From Betaproteobacteria bacterium (GTDB taxonomy: Bacteria > Pseudomonadota > Gammaproteobacteria > Burkholderiales > SG8-39), in contig VGIA01000002.1 of assembly GCA_016868105.1 (NCBI GenBank), positions 1-55,514 on the forward strand: a DNA stretch of 55,514 nucleotides, in the 5' to 3' direction. The notes below the pieces were generated by a model. The model worked only from the letters and a program-made list of their open reading frames with translations. It searched no databases and was not told the origin of the DNA. A program made the translations under genes and the position numbers. Numbering within the stretch: the first letter of the stretch is position 1; every line of letters starts with the position of its first letter. Below are positions 44,351 through 52,976 of this stretch, piece after piece.

Positions 44351-45862
44351 TCATTTCACCCCACCCACCAGGTTGAACTGCTTTAGCGCGTGCTCGCGCA
44401 GCTTGGACTTCTGCACCTTGCCGCTGGCGGTCATGCCGATGGCCTCGAAGTCCGCCACGATGCGCAGGTAGCGCGGCACGCGGAAATTGGCGCAGCGCGC
44501 CCTGGCGTGCGCGAGCAGCTCCGCCTCGCTGGCCTGCGCGCCGTCCTTCAGGGTCACGTAGGCGCAGCCGACCTCACCAAGACGCGGATCCGGAACGCCC
44601 ACCACCTGCGCGGTTTGCACCGCCGGGTGCGACAACAGCACTTGCTCGACCTGCGCCGGCGCGACGTTCTCGCCGCCGACGCGGAACACGTCCTTCAGGC
44701 GCCCGACCATGCGCAGCCGGCCGTCGGCCACGATCTCGCCCAGATCGCCGGTGCGCAACCAGCCGTCCTCGGTGAAGGCCTCGGCGGTTGCCTCGGGGTT
44801 GTTGCAATAGCCCTTCATGACGCTCCAGCCGCGCACCTGGATCTCTCCTTGCGGGGAGATGCGGATCTCCAGGCCCTCGTGCGTCTTGGCCAGGCCCTGT
44901 ACCCGCAGTTCCTCCGGGTCGCGCCAGTCGTTCATCACCACGTTGGGCGAGGCCTCCGACAGGCCGTAAGCAGCGCAGACGTGCTTCATGCCCAGCTTGT
45001 CGATGATGGCGCGCATGGTCAGCGGGCCGGCGGCGGCCCAGCCGCCGCGCAGATGGAGCCTGCGCTTCGGCAAGTCCTCGTGCCCCATCAGCATCTGGAA
45101 AATGGTGTCGTTGCCCGAGATGAGCGTGCAGCGCTCCTGCTCCAGCATCGCGAGCGCTGCGCCGGCCTCGAAGGTGGGCAAGGTGGCGAGGCAGCAGCCG
45201 AAAGCGAGCGACATCAGCGCCGAGAGCGTCGAACCGCCAACATGGAAGAACGGCCGGCAGTTGAAGTAGCGGTCCTGCGGCTGGCAACCGATGCGCGTGC
45301 CCGCGGCCCAGGCGTTGCGCAGCATGTTGTCGTGAGTGAGCATCACCCCCTTGGGGTACGCAGTAGTGCCGGAGGTGAACTGGATGAGCAGCAGGTCGGC
45401 GGGCGACGGGCCGAGCACCGGTTTCGTTTCGGCCATCCAATCGACCGACCCGAGCGAAATGCGCTTGAGCGCCGGCAGCGCCGCCGCGACCTCGGGCATC
45501 ATCGCTTCGAAGTCGATCTTGAGAAAGGTCTCGGCGTAGTAAAGCGCCTTCGCATCGGATTGCTTTAGGCAGTACGCGATCTCGGCAGCCTTGAAGCGCG
45601 TGTTCACCGGCACCGTCACCGCGCCGATCAAGGCCGCGCCGTAGAAGAGCGACAGCCAATCCTCGCCGTTGCCGATCAGGATGCCGACGCGGTCGCCAGG
45701 GGCGAGGCCCCGCGCCTGCAGGTCGGCCGCCGCGCTGCGCGCGCGGTGCTGTAGTTGCGCCCAGGTCAGGCGCGCCGTCGGCGTCACCAGCGCCTCGGCA
45801 TCGCCGCGCTCGCGGGCGTTCGCCTCCAGCAGATCTCCCAGCGTCTTCGAGCGCCAGCTCAC
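44351..45862 (-). CDS. AMP-dependent synthetase/ligase (acyl-CoA synthetase family)
   Basis: 503 aa with FTSGTTAYPKG, YGLSE, TGDLG and the C-terminal SGKVQK motif. Confidence 0.85.
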   Translation of the reverse strand: MSWRSKTLGDLLEANARERGDAEALVTPTARLTWAQLQHRARSAAADLQARGLAPGDRVGILIGNGEDWLSLFYGAALIGAVTVPVNTRFKAAEIAYCLKQSDAKALYYAETFLKIDFEAMMPEVAAALPALKRISLGSVDWMAETKPVLGPSPADLLLIQFTSGTTAYPKGVMLTHDNMLRNAWAAGTRIGCQPQDRYFNCRPFFHVGGSTLSALMSLAFGCCLATLPTFEAGAALAMLEQERCTLISGNDTIFQMLMGHEDLPKRRLHLRGGWAAAGPLTMRAIIDKLGMKHVCAAYGLSEASPNVVMNDWRDPEELRVQGLAKTHEGLEIRISPQGEIQVRGWSVMKGYCNNPEATAEAFTEDGWLRTGDLGEIVADGRLRMVGRLKDVFRVGGENVAPAQVEQVLLSHPAVQTAQVVGVPDPRLGEVGCAYVTLKDGAQASEAELLAHARARCANFRVPRYLRIVADFEAIGMTASGKVQKSKLREHALKQFNLVGGVK

Positions 45863-46578
45863 GGCTTGCCCAGACCGCCACCCTGCTTCAACTGTTCATC
45901 GATGGCGTCCATTTCGACCTGCAGCGCCGCGGCGCGCGCGGCGAGTTCGGCGCCGTCCAGGCAGCGCTTGGCGAAGGCAAGCGCCTTCGGCGGCGCCCCG
46001 CAGATGGTGCTCGCCATCGCCGCCAGTTCCTTTTCCAGCTCCGCCGCCGGCACGATCCGCGATACCAAGCCGTGGCGCATCGCTTCTTCCGCCGGCAGGC
46101 GACGCCCGGTGAACATCAGGTCCTTGGCGAGGCGCAACCCCAGCACCCGCGGCAGGCGCTGCGTGGCGCCCACGGTGCCGCGAACGGCCTCCGGTGTGGC
46201 GAACCAAGCCTCGGGCGTGGCGACGATGAAGTCGCAGGCGCCGGCAATCTCCACGCCCGAGCCCACCGCAGCCCCGGTCACCACCGCCACCGCCGGCATC
46301 GGCAGGGCTTCGAGCGCGGCATAGGCGGCGAAGGCCTTCAGGCGCCGTTCGCGCGTCTGCGCCTCGCTCATGCCCTGGCGCTCCTTCAGGTCGGCGCCGG
46401 CGCAGAACACCGCGCCCGCGCCACGCACCAGCACCAGGCGCACGGACGCGTCAGCCGCGGCGGCCTGCGCGGCATCCAGCAGGCCTTGGCACATCTCCAG
46501 GTCGAGGGCGTTGCGGCTCTCGGGACGGTTGAGCGTGATGGTGACCACGCCGCCCTGCTTCGCGCAGAGGATGCTCAT
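45859..46578 (-). CDS. enoyl-CoA hydratase/isomerase (crotonase) family protein
   Basis: ITLNRPESRNAL...RGAGAVFCAGADLKE motifs. ATGA overlaps on both sides. Confidence 0.85.
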   Translation of the reverse strand: MSILCAKQGGVVTITLNRPESRNALDLEMCQGLLDAAQAAAADASVRLVLVRGAGAVFCAGADLKERQGMSEAQTRERRLKAFAAYAALEALPMPAVAVVTGAAVGSGVEIAGACDFIVATPEAWFATPEAVRGTVGATQRLPRVLGLRLAKDLMFTGRRLPAEEAMRHGLVSRIVPAAELEKELAAMASTICGAPPKALAFAKRCLDGAELAARAAALQVEMDAIDEQLKQGGGLGKP

Positions 46579-47753
46579 ATGGCCTTGGCCGCCTTCAGCT
46601 TCTCGATCTGCTCCGCGGAGTAACGCAGCCGCTCACGCAGGATGGCCTCGGTCTGCTCGCCCAGCGCCGGCGGGCGGCCGATCTCGGGGTTGTCCCAGCC
46701 GAGGAACTTGAAGGGCAGCGCCAGCGCCTTGAATTCGCCCACGCCGGGGTAGTCGAAACTGCCCACCAGCCGGCGCGCCCGCACATGCGGGTCGGCGAGG
46801 ATCTCGGCAACGTCGTTCACCGGACCGATCGGCACTTGCACCGCGTCCAGCGCGGCGATGAGCGCGGCGCGATCGAACGCCGCGATCTTCTGCTTCAGCA
46901 TCGGCATCACCTCGTCGCGCTTGTGCACCCGCAGCTCGTTGGTGCCATAGGCCCTGCCCCAGTCTTCCAGCCCGAGCACGCGGCACAGCGCCCCCCAGTG
47001 CTGGTCGCTGGCGGTGATGTGGGCAAAGCGCCCGTCCTTGCAGCGGAAAGTCGCCGAGGGCACGCGGCCCGGATGCTCGGTGCCCAAACGCGGGGGCACT
47101 TCGCCCAGCGCGAAGTAGCGCGCGGCGGCGAGGGTCAGCAACGACACCTGTCCATCCAGCATGGAGAAATCCAGCCGCGCGCCGCGCCCGGTCTTCTCGC
47201 CTCCGGCCAGCATGGCAAGGATGCCGATGGCCACCCACAGGCCCGAGGTGAGGTCCGCCACCGGCAATCCGGGCTTCACCGGCCCGCCGCCCTTTTCGCC
47301 CGTCAGGCCCATGATCCCGCCCATGGCCTGGAACACGGTGTCGTAGCCCTTCTTCTGCGCGTAGGGCCCGGTCTGGCCAAAGCCGGTGCAGGAGACGTAG
47401 GCGAGGCGCGGATTGAGCGCTGACAGGCTGGCGTAGTCCAGTCCGTAGCGCCCCAACGTGCCCACCGGGAAATTCTCGACGAACACATCGGCCTGCTGCG
47501 CCAGCTCGCGGATCACGGTCTGGCCCTCGGGCTGGCGCAGGTTGACGGTGATGGAGGACTTCGACCGGTTGCAGGCGAAATAGTAGGCGCTGTCGGCGGC
47601 CAGCTGCGGCTCGAAGCCGCGCGTCTCGTCGCCCGCGCCGGGCTGCTCCACCTTGATCACCGTGGCGCCCAGTTCGGCGAGGATCATGCTCGCGAACGGG
47701 CAGGCGAGCACGCGCGAAAGATCGAGGATGGTGATGTGCTCGAGCGGTTTCAC
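46575..47753 (-). CDS. family III CoA-transferase (CaiB/BaiF type)
   Basis: ILDLSRVLACPFASMILAELGATVIKVE...DSAYYFACNRSKSSITVNL motifs. Confidence 0.85.
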   Translation of the reverse strand: MKPLEHITILDLSRVLACPFASMILAELGATVIKVEQPGAGDETRGFEPQLAADSAYYFACNRSKSSITVNLRQPEGQTVIRELAQQADVFVENFPVGTLGRYGLDYASLSALNPRLAYVSCTGFGQTGPYAQKKGYDTVFQAMGGIMGLTGEKGGGPVKPGLPVADLTSGLWVAIGILAMLAGGEKTGRGARLDFSMLDGQVSLLTLAAARYFALGEVPPRLGTEHPGRVPSATFRCKDGRFAHITASDQHWGALCRVLGLEDWGRAYGTNELRVHKRDEVMPMLKQKIAAFDRAALIAALDAVQVPIGPVNDVAEILADPHVRARRLVGSFDYPGVGEFKALALPFKFLGWDNPEIGRPPALGEQTEAILRERLRYSAEQIEKLKAAKAI

Positions 47754-47765
47754 GGCGTCACCTGC

Positions 47766-48650
47766 TCACCTCAGCAACAGCGCCGCGATGCCGGCGAGCA
47801 CCAGCGCAGCGCCGGCCAGCGTGCGCCCGGTCAGCTCCTCGCGGTTCTTCAGGATGAACACGCTGAACGGGAAGATCAGGACCGGCGTGGTGTGCACCAC
47901 CAGCGTCGCCAGTGCGATCTCCATGCGCAGCATGGCCGCGGAAATGAACACCGAGCCCAGGCTCGTGGTCACGCCGCAGGCCAGGTAAAGCCCGATCGCC
48001 CTGCGGTCCGCCGCGCGCAGCTGCGCGCCGATGCGGCTCCAGTTGCGCGTAACCAGCACCTGGCACAGGAGCGCCGCGACCGAGGCGATCGCGCTGCCCA
48101 GGAAGATTTCCTCCCAGGTGCGCGTGGCGATGCCGCGCAGCACGTTGCCGAAGCCGAAGCCGGCGACGGTCAGCAGGCCGGCGATGAAGCCCCGCCTGGC
48201 CTGCGCCGCGGTGAGCTGCGTGGCGCCGGCCCGCGGCTGCGTGAACCAGAGTCCCAGCCACACCACCACCATCAGGCCGATCTCGTACCAGCCCAGGCGC
48301 TCGCCCGCGAGCAGCCAGGCGCCCACCAGCGCGAAGGCCGGCGCGGTGGAATGGAACACGCTGGCGCGCGCCGGCCCCAGCAGGTGCACGGTGTCGAAGA
48401 GCAACCGCCGGCCGAGGAAGGTGCCGATGATGCCGCCCAGCGCGAAGATGCCGGCGCCCTTCCAGTCCCAGGACCCGGGCGCGGCTCGCCCCGCCAGCTC
48501 GAACGGGTAGATCAGGGCTGGAAACAGGACGTTGGCCGCGAGCACGATGTAGAAGCCCGATTCCACGGGCAGCCGCGCCACGGCGTAGCGCGTCAGGATG
48601 ATGTTCGAGGCGAAGGACGCCATCGCCAGCAGGGCGAGGAGGACCCCCAT
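47766..48650 (-). CDS. DMT-superfamily (EamA-like) transporter
   Basis: 294-aa protein with 10 TM-like segments and two EamA-like halves. Confidence 0.7.
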   Translation of the reverse strand: MGVLLALLAMASFASNIILTRYAVARLPVESGFYIVLAANVLFPALIYPFELAGRAAPGSWDWKGAGIFALGGIIGTFLGRRLLFDTVHLLGPARASVFHSTAPAFALVGAWLLAGERLGWYEIGLMVVVWLGLWFTQPRAGATQLTAAQARRGFIAGLLTVAGFGFGNVLRGIATRTWEEIFLGSAIASVAALLCQVLVTRNWSRIGAQLRAADRRAIGLYLACGVTTSLGSVFISAAMLRMEIALATLVVHTTPVLIFPFSVFILKNREELTGRTLAGAALVLAGIAALLLR

Positions 48651-48653
48651 GCA

Positions 48654-49379
48654 TCACGGCTTTCGAAGCGCGCGCATGCGCTGGTTCGCCTCGCGCCCGC
48701 GCTCAAGGGCCCGCTCCAGCGGCAGGTCGGCGACCTCGTGGAACAACCGCTTCGTGATCGCCATGGCCGGGCGGCCGACGGCGGCGAGTTTCTCCGCCAG
48801 CGCCAGCGCTTCCTGCATTAATTCCGCATCCGGCACGACCCGGTTCACCATGCCCAGCGCAAGCGCCTGCCGCGCGTCGATCGCCTCGCCCAGCGCCACC
48901 AGCTCGAAGGCGGCCTTGCGCCCCACCTGGCGCGAGAGGTTCGCCATCACGATCGCCGCCACGATGCCGTGGCGCGTCTCGGGGTAGCCGATCTTCGCCC
49001 CCTCGGCCATCACCGCCAGGTCGCCCGCGATGGCGAGGCCCGCCCCGCCGCCCATGGCCGCGCCCTGGACCGCGGTCACCACGGGCTTGGCCATCTTCGG
49101 GAACGCGAGGTGCAGCTGCATGGTCAGCTCGGCCCGCGCATCCACCAGGTCGTGGTTCTCCGGCGTCAGATCCTTGAACTCGCCCAGGTCCGCGCCGGCG
49201 CAGAAGCCCTGCCCGGCGCCCGCGAGCACCACGCTGCCGACCGCTTCGTCCCGGTCCGCGGCGCGCAAGGCCTCGAGCAGCGCGCGCGTCAGGTCGCTGT
49301 TGAGCGCGTTGCGCTTCTCCGGCCGGTTCAGGGTCAGGATCCGGACCGCGCCGCGGTCCTCCACCAGCAGCAGGCTCAT
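48654..49379 (-). CDS. enoyl-CoA hydratase/isomerase (crotonase) family protein
   Basis: ILTLNRPEKRNAL...AGAGQGFCAGADLGEF motifs. Confidence 0.85.
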   Translation of the reverse strand: MSLLLVEDRGAVRILTLNRPEKRNALNSDLTRALLEALRAADRDEAVGSVVLAGAGQGFCAGADLGEFKDLTPENHDLVDARAELTMQLHLAFPKMAKPVVTAVQGAAMGGGAGLAIAGDLAVMAEGAKIGYPETRHGIVAAIVMANLSRQVGRKAAFELVALGEAIDARQALALGMVNRVVPDAELMQEALALAEKLAAVGRPAMAITKRLFHEVADLPLERALERGREANQRMRALRKP

Positions 49380-49458
49380 GCCACCCCCGCTTTCCAGCGC
49401 GCGTCCTGGAGTTCGGCGACGAGGTGCTCCATGCCCGGAAGCCCCGTGATGCGCCTCT

Positions 49459-49929
49459 TCATTTGGCCCGCTCGCGCTGGATGAAGCGCCGGGCCTCGCG
49501 CGCCAGCTTCTCCAGCACCGTGTCGAAGCACGCCCGCTGCCTCGCGCTCAAGCAGCCGAGGAAGGCATCGTTGCGCTCCGCGGCGGCGGCGATCAGCCCG
49601 TCGTAGATCCGGCGGCCGGCGCGGGACAGGCGCAGCTTCACGCCCCGGCCGTCGGCCTTGTCCGCCGCGCGCAGCAACAGCCGGCGCGCCGAGAGGCCCG
49701 ATACCACGCGGCTCATCTGGCTCTTGTCCACGCCCGCGGCGCGCGCCAGATCGTTCAGCGACAGCGGCTCGGGCGCGCCGCCCAGGAGGGCCACGGTGCG
49801 CCATTCCAGCAGGCTGACGCCGAACTCGCGCCGGTAGCGCATCTCCGCGCCGCGCGACAGCAGGTTCGCCACCCGGTGCACGCGGTAGGACAGCAATTCG
49901 CGGATAGTGGGCGCGGCGCGCTGCAGCAT
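49459..49929 (-). CDS. MarR-family transcriptional regulator
   Basis: 156 aa from MLQRAAPTIRELLSYRVHRVANLL...LSLNDLARAAGVDKSQMSRVVSGLSARRLL...DGRGVKLRLSRAGR (winged HTH). Starts 10 nt after the pcaG stop. Confidence 0.8.
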   Translation of the reverse strand: MLQRAAPTIRELLSYRVHRVANLLSRGAEMRYRREFGVSLLEWRTVALLGGAPEPLSLNDLARAAGVDKSQMSRVVSGLSARRLLLRAADKADGRGVKLRLSRAGRRIYDGLIAAAAERNDAFLGCLSARQRACFDTVLEKLAREARRFIQRERAK

Positions 49930-49939
49930 CGCTGGTCGC

Positions 49940-50485
49940 TCAGTCGTCGAAAAACGGAGTCTCGTCCCCGCCGCGCAGGCGGATGTCGAAGCGGTAGCGC
50001 CCCTCGCCCTCCTTCTTGGCCACCAGCAGCGACCGGCGCGCGGCCGGCACCGCGTCCAGCACCGGATCGGCGCCAACCTCGAAGTACAGCGTGGTGTTGA
50101 GGATCCGCATCAGGCCGGAGAACATGGCCATGACATTGACGTGAGGCAAGCGCCCCGGCGGCGCGCCCGGCAGGATGGTGCGGAAGCGGTAGACGCCCTG
50201 CTTGTCGGTGGCGGCGCGCCCCCAACCCAGGAAATCCGGATCCGCCTGCGCGTGCCGCGGGTCGGCGGGATGGCGGTAGATGCCAGCGGCGTCCGCCTGC
50301 CAGATTTCCACCACCAGGTTCTCCAGCGGGCTGCCGTCTTCCTGCACCACGCGACCGCGGATTTCGATCGGCTGGCCGCGCGCGGGCCGGCCCTCCAGCC
50401 GCGTCAGGTCGTTCGCCCCCGCGTCCACGTAGCGCGGCGGGAAGAACGGCCCGATGGTGGCCTCCCCGGTCGGAATCCGCCTCAT
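49940..50485 (-). CDS. pcaG: protocatechuate 3,4-dioxygenase alpha-subunit-like intradiol dioxygenase
   Basis: 181 aa: GEATIGPFFPPRYV...IEIRGRVVQEDGSPLENLVVEIWQADAAGIYRHP...PHVNVMAMFSG. Start overlaps the pcaH stop (TGATG). Confidence 0.75.
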   Translation of the reverse strand: MRRIPTGEATIGPFFPPRYVDAGANDLTRLEGRPARGQPIEIRGRVVQEDGSPLENLVVEIWQADAAGIYRHPADPRHAQADPDFLGWGRAATDKQGVYRFRTILPGAPPGRLPHVNVMAMFSGLMRILNTTLYFEVGADPVLDAVPAARRSLLVAKKEGEGRYRFDIRLRGGDETPFFDD

Positions 50486-51189
50486 CACGGCTGCGCCGCG
50501 GTGGCCCTGCGCCCCCGCAGCACGATCTCGTGCTCGAACACGAGCTCGTTGTAGGGCTCGCCGGTGGGCGGCAGGTGCTTGGCCACCAGCCGCTCGCGCG
50601 CCGCCGCCTCCGGCACCGCGTTCAGGATCCGGTCCTGGGCGTTCAACGGCTCGCCGGGGAAATACATCTGCGTCACCAGCCGCGACAGCCACACCTTGCC
50701 GAACAGCGAAAAATGCACGTGCGGCGGGCGCCACCAGCCGTCGCGCGTCGGCACCGGATAGGCGCCCGGCTTCACGGTGCGCAGCTCGAAGGCGCCGGTC
50801 TGGCCCGTCACCAGGCGCGCGGCGCCGTAGAAGTTCGCGTCCACCGGGGCGTGGTCGTCCTCCAGCGGGTGGATGTAGCGGCCGGCGCTGTTCGCCTGCC
50901 ACATTTCCACCACTGCGCCGGGCACCGGCGCGCCATCCTCGTCGGTGACCCGGACCCGCAGGCGGATCACCTGCCCGATGGCCTGCCTCTGGCCGCTGCC
51001 CGCGATGTCGCCGCCCAGGAGCTGCACGCGCCGGGCCACCTCCAGCGGCCCGGTCAGCTCCGAGAGGGTCGGCGCGCGCCTGACCAATGGCTGCGCCGGG
51101 GTGCGCCACGGCGTCTGCGGATAGCCCGCGATGATGCGCGCCGGCTGCGTGCGCTCGTCGCGCGGCAGGATGGCATAGGCCTCGTTCAT
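50485..51189 (-). CDS. pcaH: protocatechuate 3,4-dioxygenase beta-subunit-like intradiol dioxygenase
   Basis: 234 aa: IRLRVRVTDEDGAPVPGAVVEMWQANSAGRYIHP...WRPPHVHFSLFG...TQMYFPGEPLN. Confidence 0.8.
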   Translation of the reverse strand: MNEAYAILPRDERTQPARIIAGYPQTPWRTPAQPLVRRAPTLSELTGPLEVARRVQLLGGDIAGSGQRQAIGQVIRLRVRVTDEDGAPVPGAVVEMWQANSAGRYIHPLEDDHAPVDANFYGAARLVTGQTGAFELRTVKPGAYPVPTRDGWWRPPHVHFSLFGKVWLSRLVTQMYFPGEPLNAQDRILNAVPEAAARERLVAKHLPPTGEPYNELVFEHEIVLRGRRATAAQP

Positions 51190-51389
51190 TGGCGGGGCTC
51201 GCACTGGCGCACCGGCGCCTTGCGCGGCGGCGTGCCGGGGTTGACCGCGCCCAGGCCGGCGACGGTCTCGGGCTGGAACTCCTCGGCAGCCGGCCTTGTT
51301 CTCGACCACCACCGTCTGGCCCAGCGCGGCGCCGAGCCGCCCGGCGGGAACGGCAACAGGGCTGCGAGGGTCTTCTTCCGGACGCGCAT
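51186..51389 (-). pseudogene. 67-codon remnant of a Bug/TctC-family gene, retained as an upstream ORF coupled to pcaH
   Basis: Strong SD GGAGG 5 nt before ATG 51389. Reads MRVRKKTLAALL-PFPPGG, then out of frame LGAALGQTVVVENKAG. Its TGA overlaps the pcaH ATG (ATGA, 51186-51189). pcaH itself has no SD. Confidence 0.5.
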
Positions 51390-51446
51390 CGGAACCTCCT
51401 CGATTGAGTTTGACCTTCATAGCCTATGTAGTTGATACTGTCAACC

Positions 51447-52364
51447 ATGTCGGCCGTCGTCCTCTGCGAGTGCTTCGCCCGCGACGGGCTGCAGCACGAG
51501 CCCGCCTTTGTCGCCACCCCAGTGAAGCGCGCGCTCATCGAGCGCTTCGCCGCCCTGGGCTTTGCGCGCATCGAGGTCACCGCCTACTCCAACCCGAAGG
51601 TGGTGCCGCAGTTCGCCGACGCTTCCGACCTGCTGCGCCAACTGCCGCGGCGCGAGGGCGTGCACTACAAGGCCACCTGCGCCAACCCGAAGGCCGTGCA
51701 ACGCGCGCGCGCGGACCAGGGGGCCGGCTTCGGGGCCAACGAGATCAGCCTGCTGGTGTCGGCCACCGAGTCCCACACGCAAAAGAACCTTAAGCGCAGC
51801 CGCGCCGAGCAGTGGGCCAACGTGGAGGAGATGGTGCGCGCGGCCGACGGGCGCTTTCGCCTGGTGGGCACGGTCTCGGTCGCCTTCGGCTGTCCGTTCG
51901 AAGGAAAGGTGGATCCGGGCTTGGTGGCCGAGGACGCGGCGCGCTTCGCGGCGCTGGGCATTCGGCACGTCGCCCTCGGCGACACCACCGGCATGGCGAC
52001 GCCGCTGTCGGTGCGCGACCTTGTCGATCGCCTGTCGCAGCTCGAAGGGCTGGTGCCCATCGCCCACTTCCACGACTCGCGCGGCACCGGCCTCGTCAAC
52101 TATGTCGCCGCCTACGAAGCGGGCGTGCGCCATTTCGATTCCGCCTTCGGCGGCGTCGGCGGCCATCCGGCGAAGGTGAAGTACGGCGGCGGCCACACCG
52201 GCAATGTCTGCACCGAGGACCTGGTCGGCCTGTTCGAGTCCATGGGCATCGGCACCGGCATAGACTTGGACGGATTGCTGGCGGCCGCGCAAGCCTGCGA
52301 GCAGGCGCTTGGCCGTGAGCTGCACGGTCGCGTGACACGAACCGGATTGAACCCGCTGGAATGA
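51447..52364 (+). CDS. HMG-CoA lyase-like (HMGL family) protein
   Basis: ECFARDGLQHE...IEVTAY.NPK...GDTTGMATP...HFHDSRGTGLVN motifs. Start placed at ATG 51447 (MSAVVL); TTG 51432 is possible. Confidence 0.8.
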   Translation: MSAVVLCECFARDGLQHEPAFVATPVKRALIERFAALGFARIEVTAYSNPKVVPQFADASDLLRQLPRREGVHYKATCANPKAVQRARADQGAGFGANEISLLVSATESHTQKNLKRSRAEQWANVEEMVRAADGRFRLVGTVSVAFGCPFEGKVDPGLVAEDAARFAALGIRHVALGDTTGMATPLSVRDLVDRLSQLEGLVPIAHFHDSRGTGLVNYVAAYEAGVRHFDSAFGGVGGHPAKVKYGGGHTGNVCTEDLVGLFESMGIGTGIDLDGLLAAAQACEQALGRELHGRVTRTGLNPLE

Positions 52365-52374
52365 AGCCGCCGCA

Positions 52375-52975
52375 TTTCCCCCCTATCGAGCCGACCAGGT
52401 CGGCAGCCTGCTGCGCCCGCAGGAACTGGCCGACGCCCGCAAGCAGTTCAAGGAAGTCCGTCTTGGCGCCGTCGCGCTCAAGGCGATCGAGGACCGCTGC
52501 ACCTATCTCCAGCTGGAGGACGTCAGTTTCTCGTACCCGTGCGACCGGAAGATCCGGGACACCACACGCAGCAACGGCAACGACCCGGCGAACCTGCCGC
52601 GGCAACTTCAAGTCGAGCTGGGTTGCCTCGGGGGGCTACGAGACGGTGGCGGAGGCGATGTTCTCCGCCGGCGTGGACGCCTTCTTCATGGAGTTCGACG
52701 ACCAGCGCTCGGGCACCTTCGAGCCGCTGCGCTACCTGCCCCGGGGCAAGAGGGTGGTGCTGGGCCTGGTCACCACCAAGGTGGGCCGGCTGGAGGACAA
52801 GGACATCCTCAAGCGGCGCATTGAGCAGGCGGCGAAGTTCGTGCCGCTGGAGGACCTGTGCCTGTCGCCGCAATGGGGCTTCTCCAGCACCCACCACCGC
52901 AATGCGCTGTCGATGGACGAGCAGTGGCGCAAGCTGGAACTGGTGGTCGAAGTGGCGCCCAAGGTGTGGGGCTGA
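52375..52975 (+). pseudogene. eroded cobalamin-independent methionine synthase (MetE C-terminal-like) family gene
   Basis: Frame A: FPPYRADQVGSLLRPQELADARKQF...AIEDR|CTYLQLEDVSFSYPCD...GNDPANL. Frame B: CRGNFKSSWVASGGYETVAEAMFSAGVDAFFMEFDDQRSG...VLGLVTTK...LSPQWGFSS...VWG. At least two internal deletions and one frameshift. The conserved Cys in SPQCGF is replaced by Trp. Confidence 0.6.
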
Positions 52976-52976
52976 C

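Noticed and set aside
51431-51445. GTTGA-N5-TCAAC inverted repeat between the pcaH-side remnant and the HMGL-like gene, considered as the MarR operator
   Set aside because: The arms are only 5 bp, the element overlaps the putative -10 (GATACT), and there is no second copy. It is plausible but not supportable from sequence alone.
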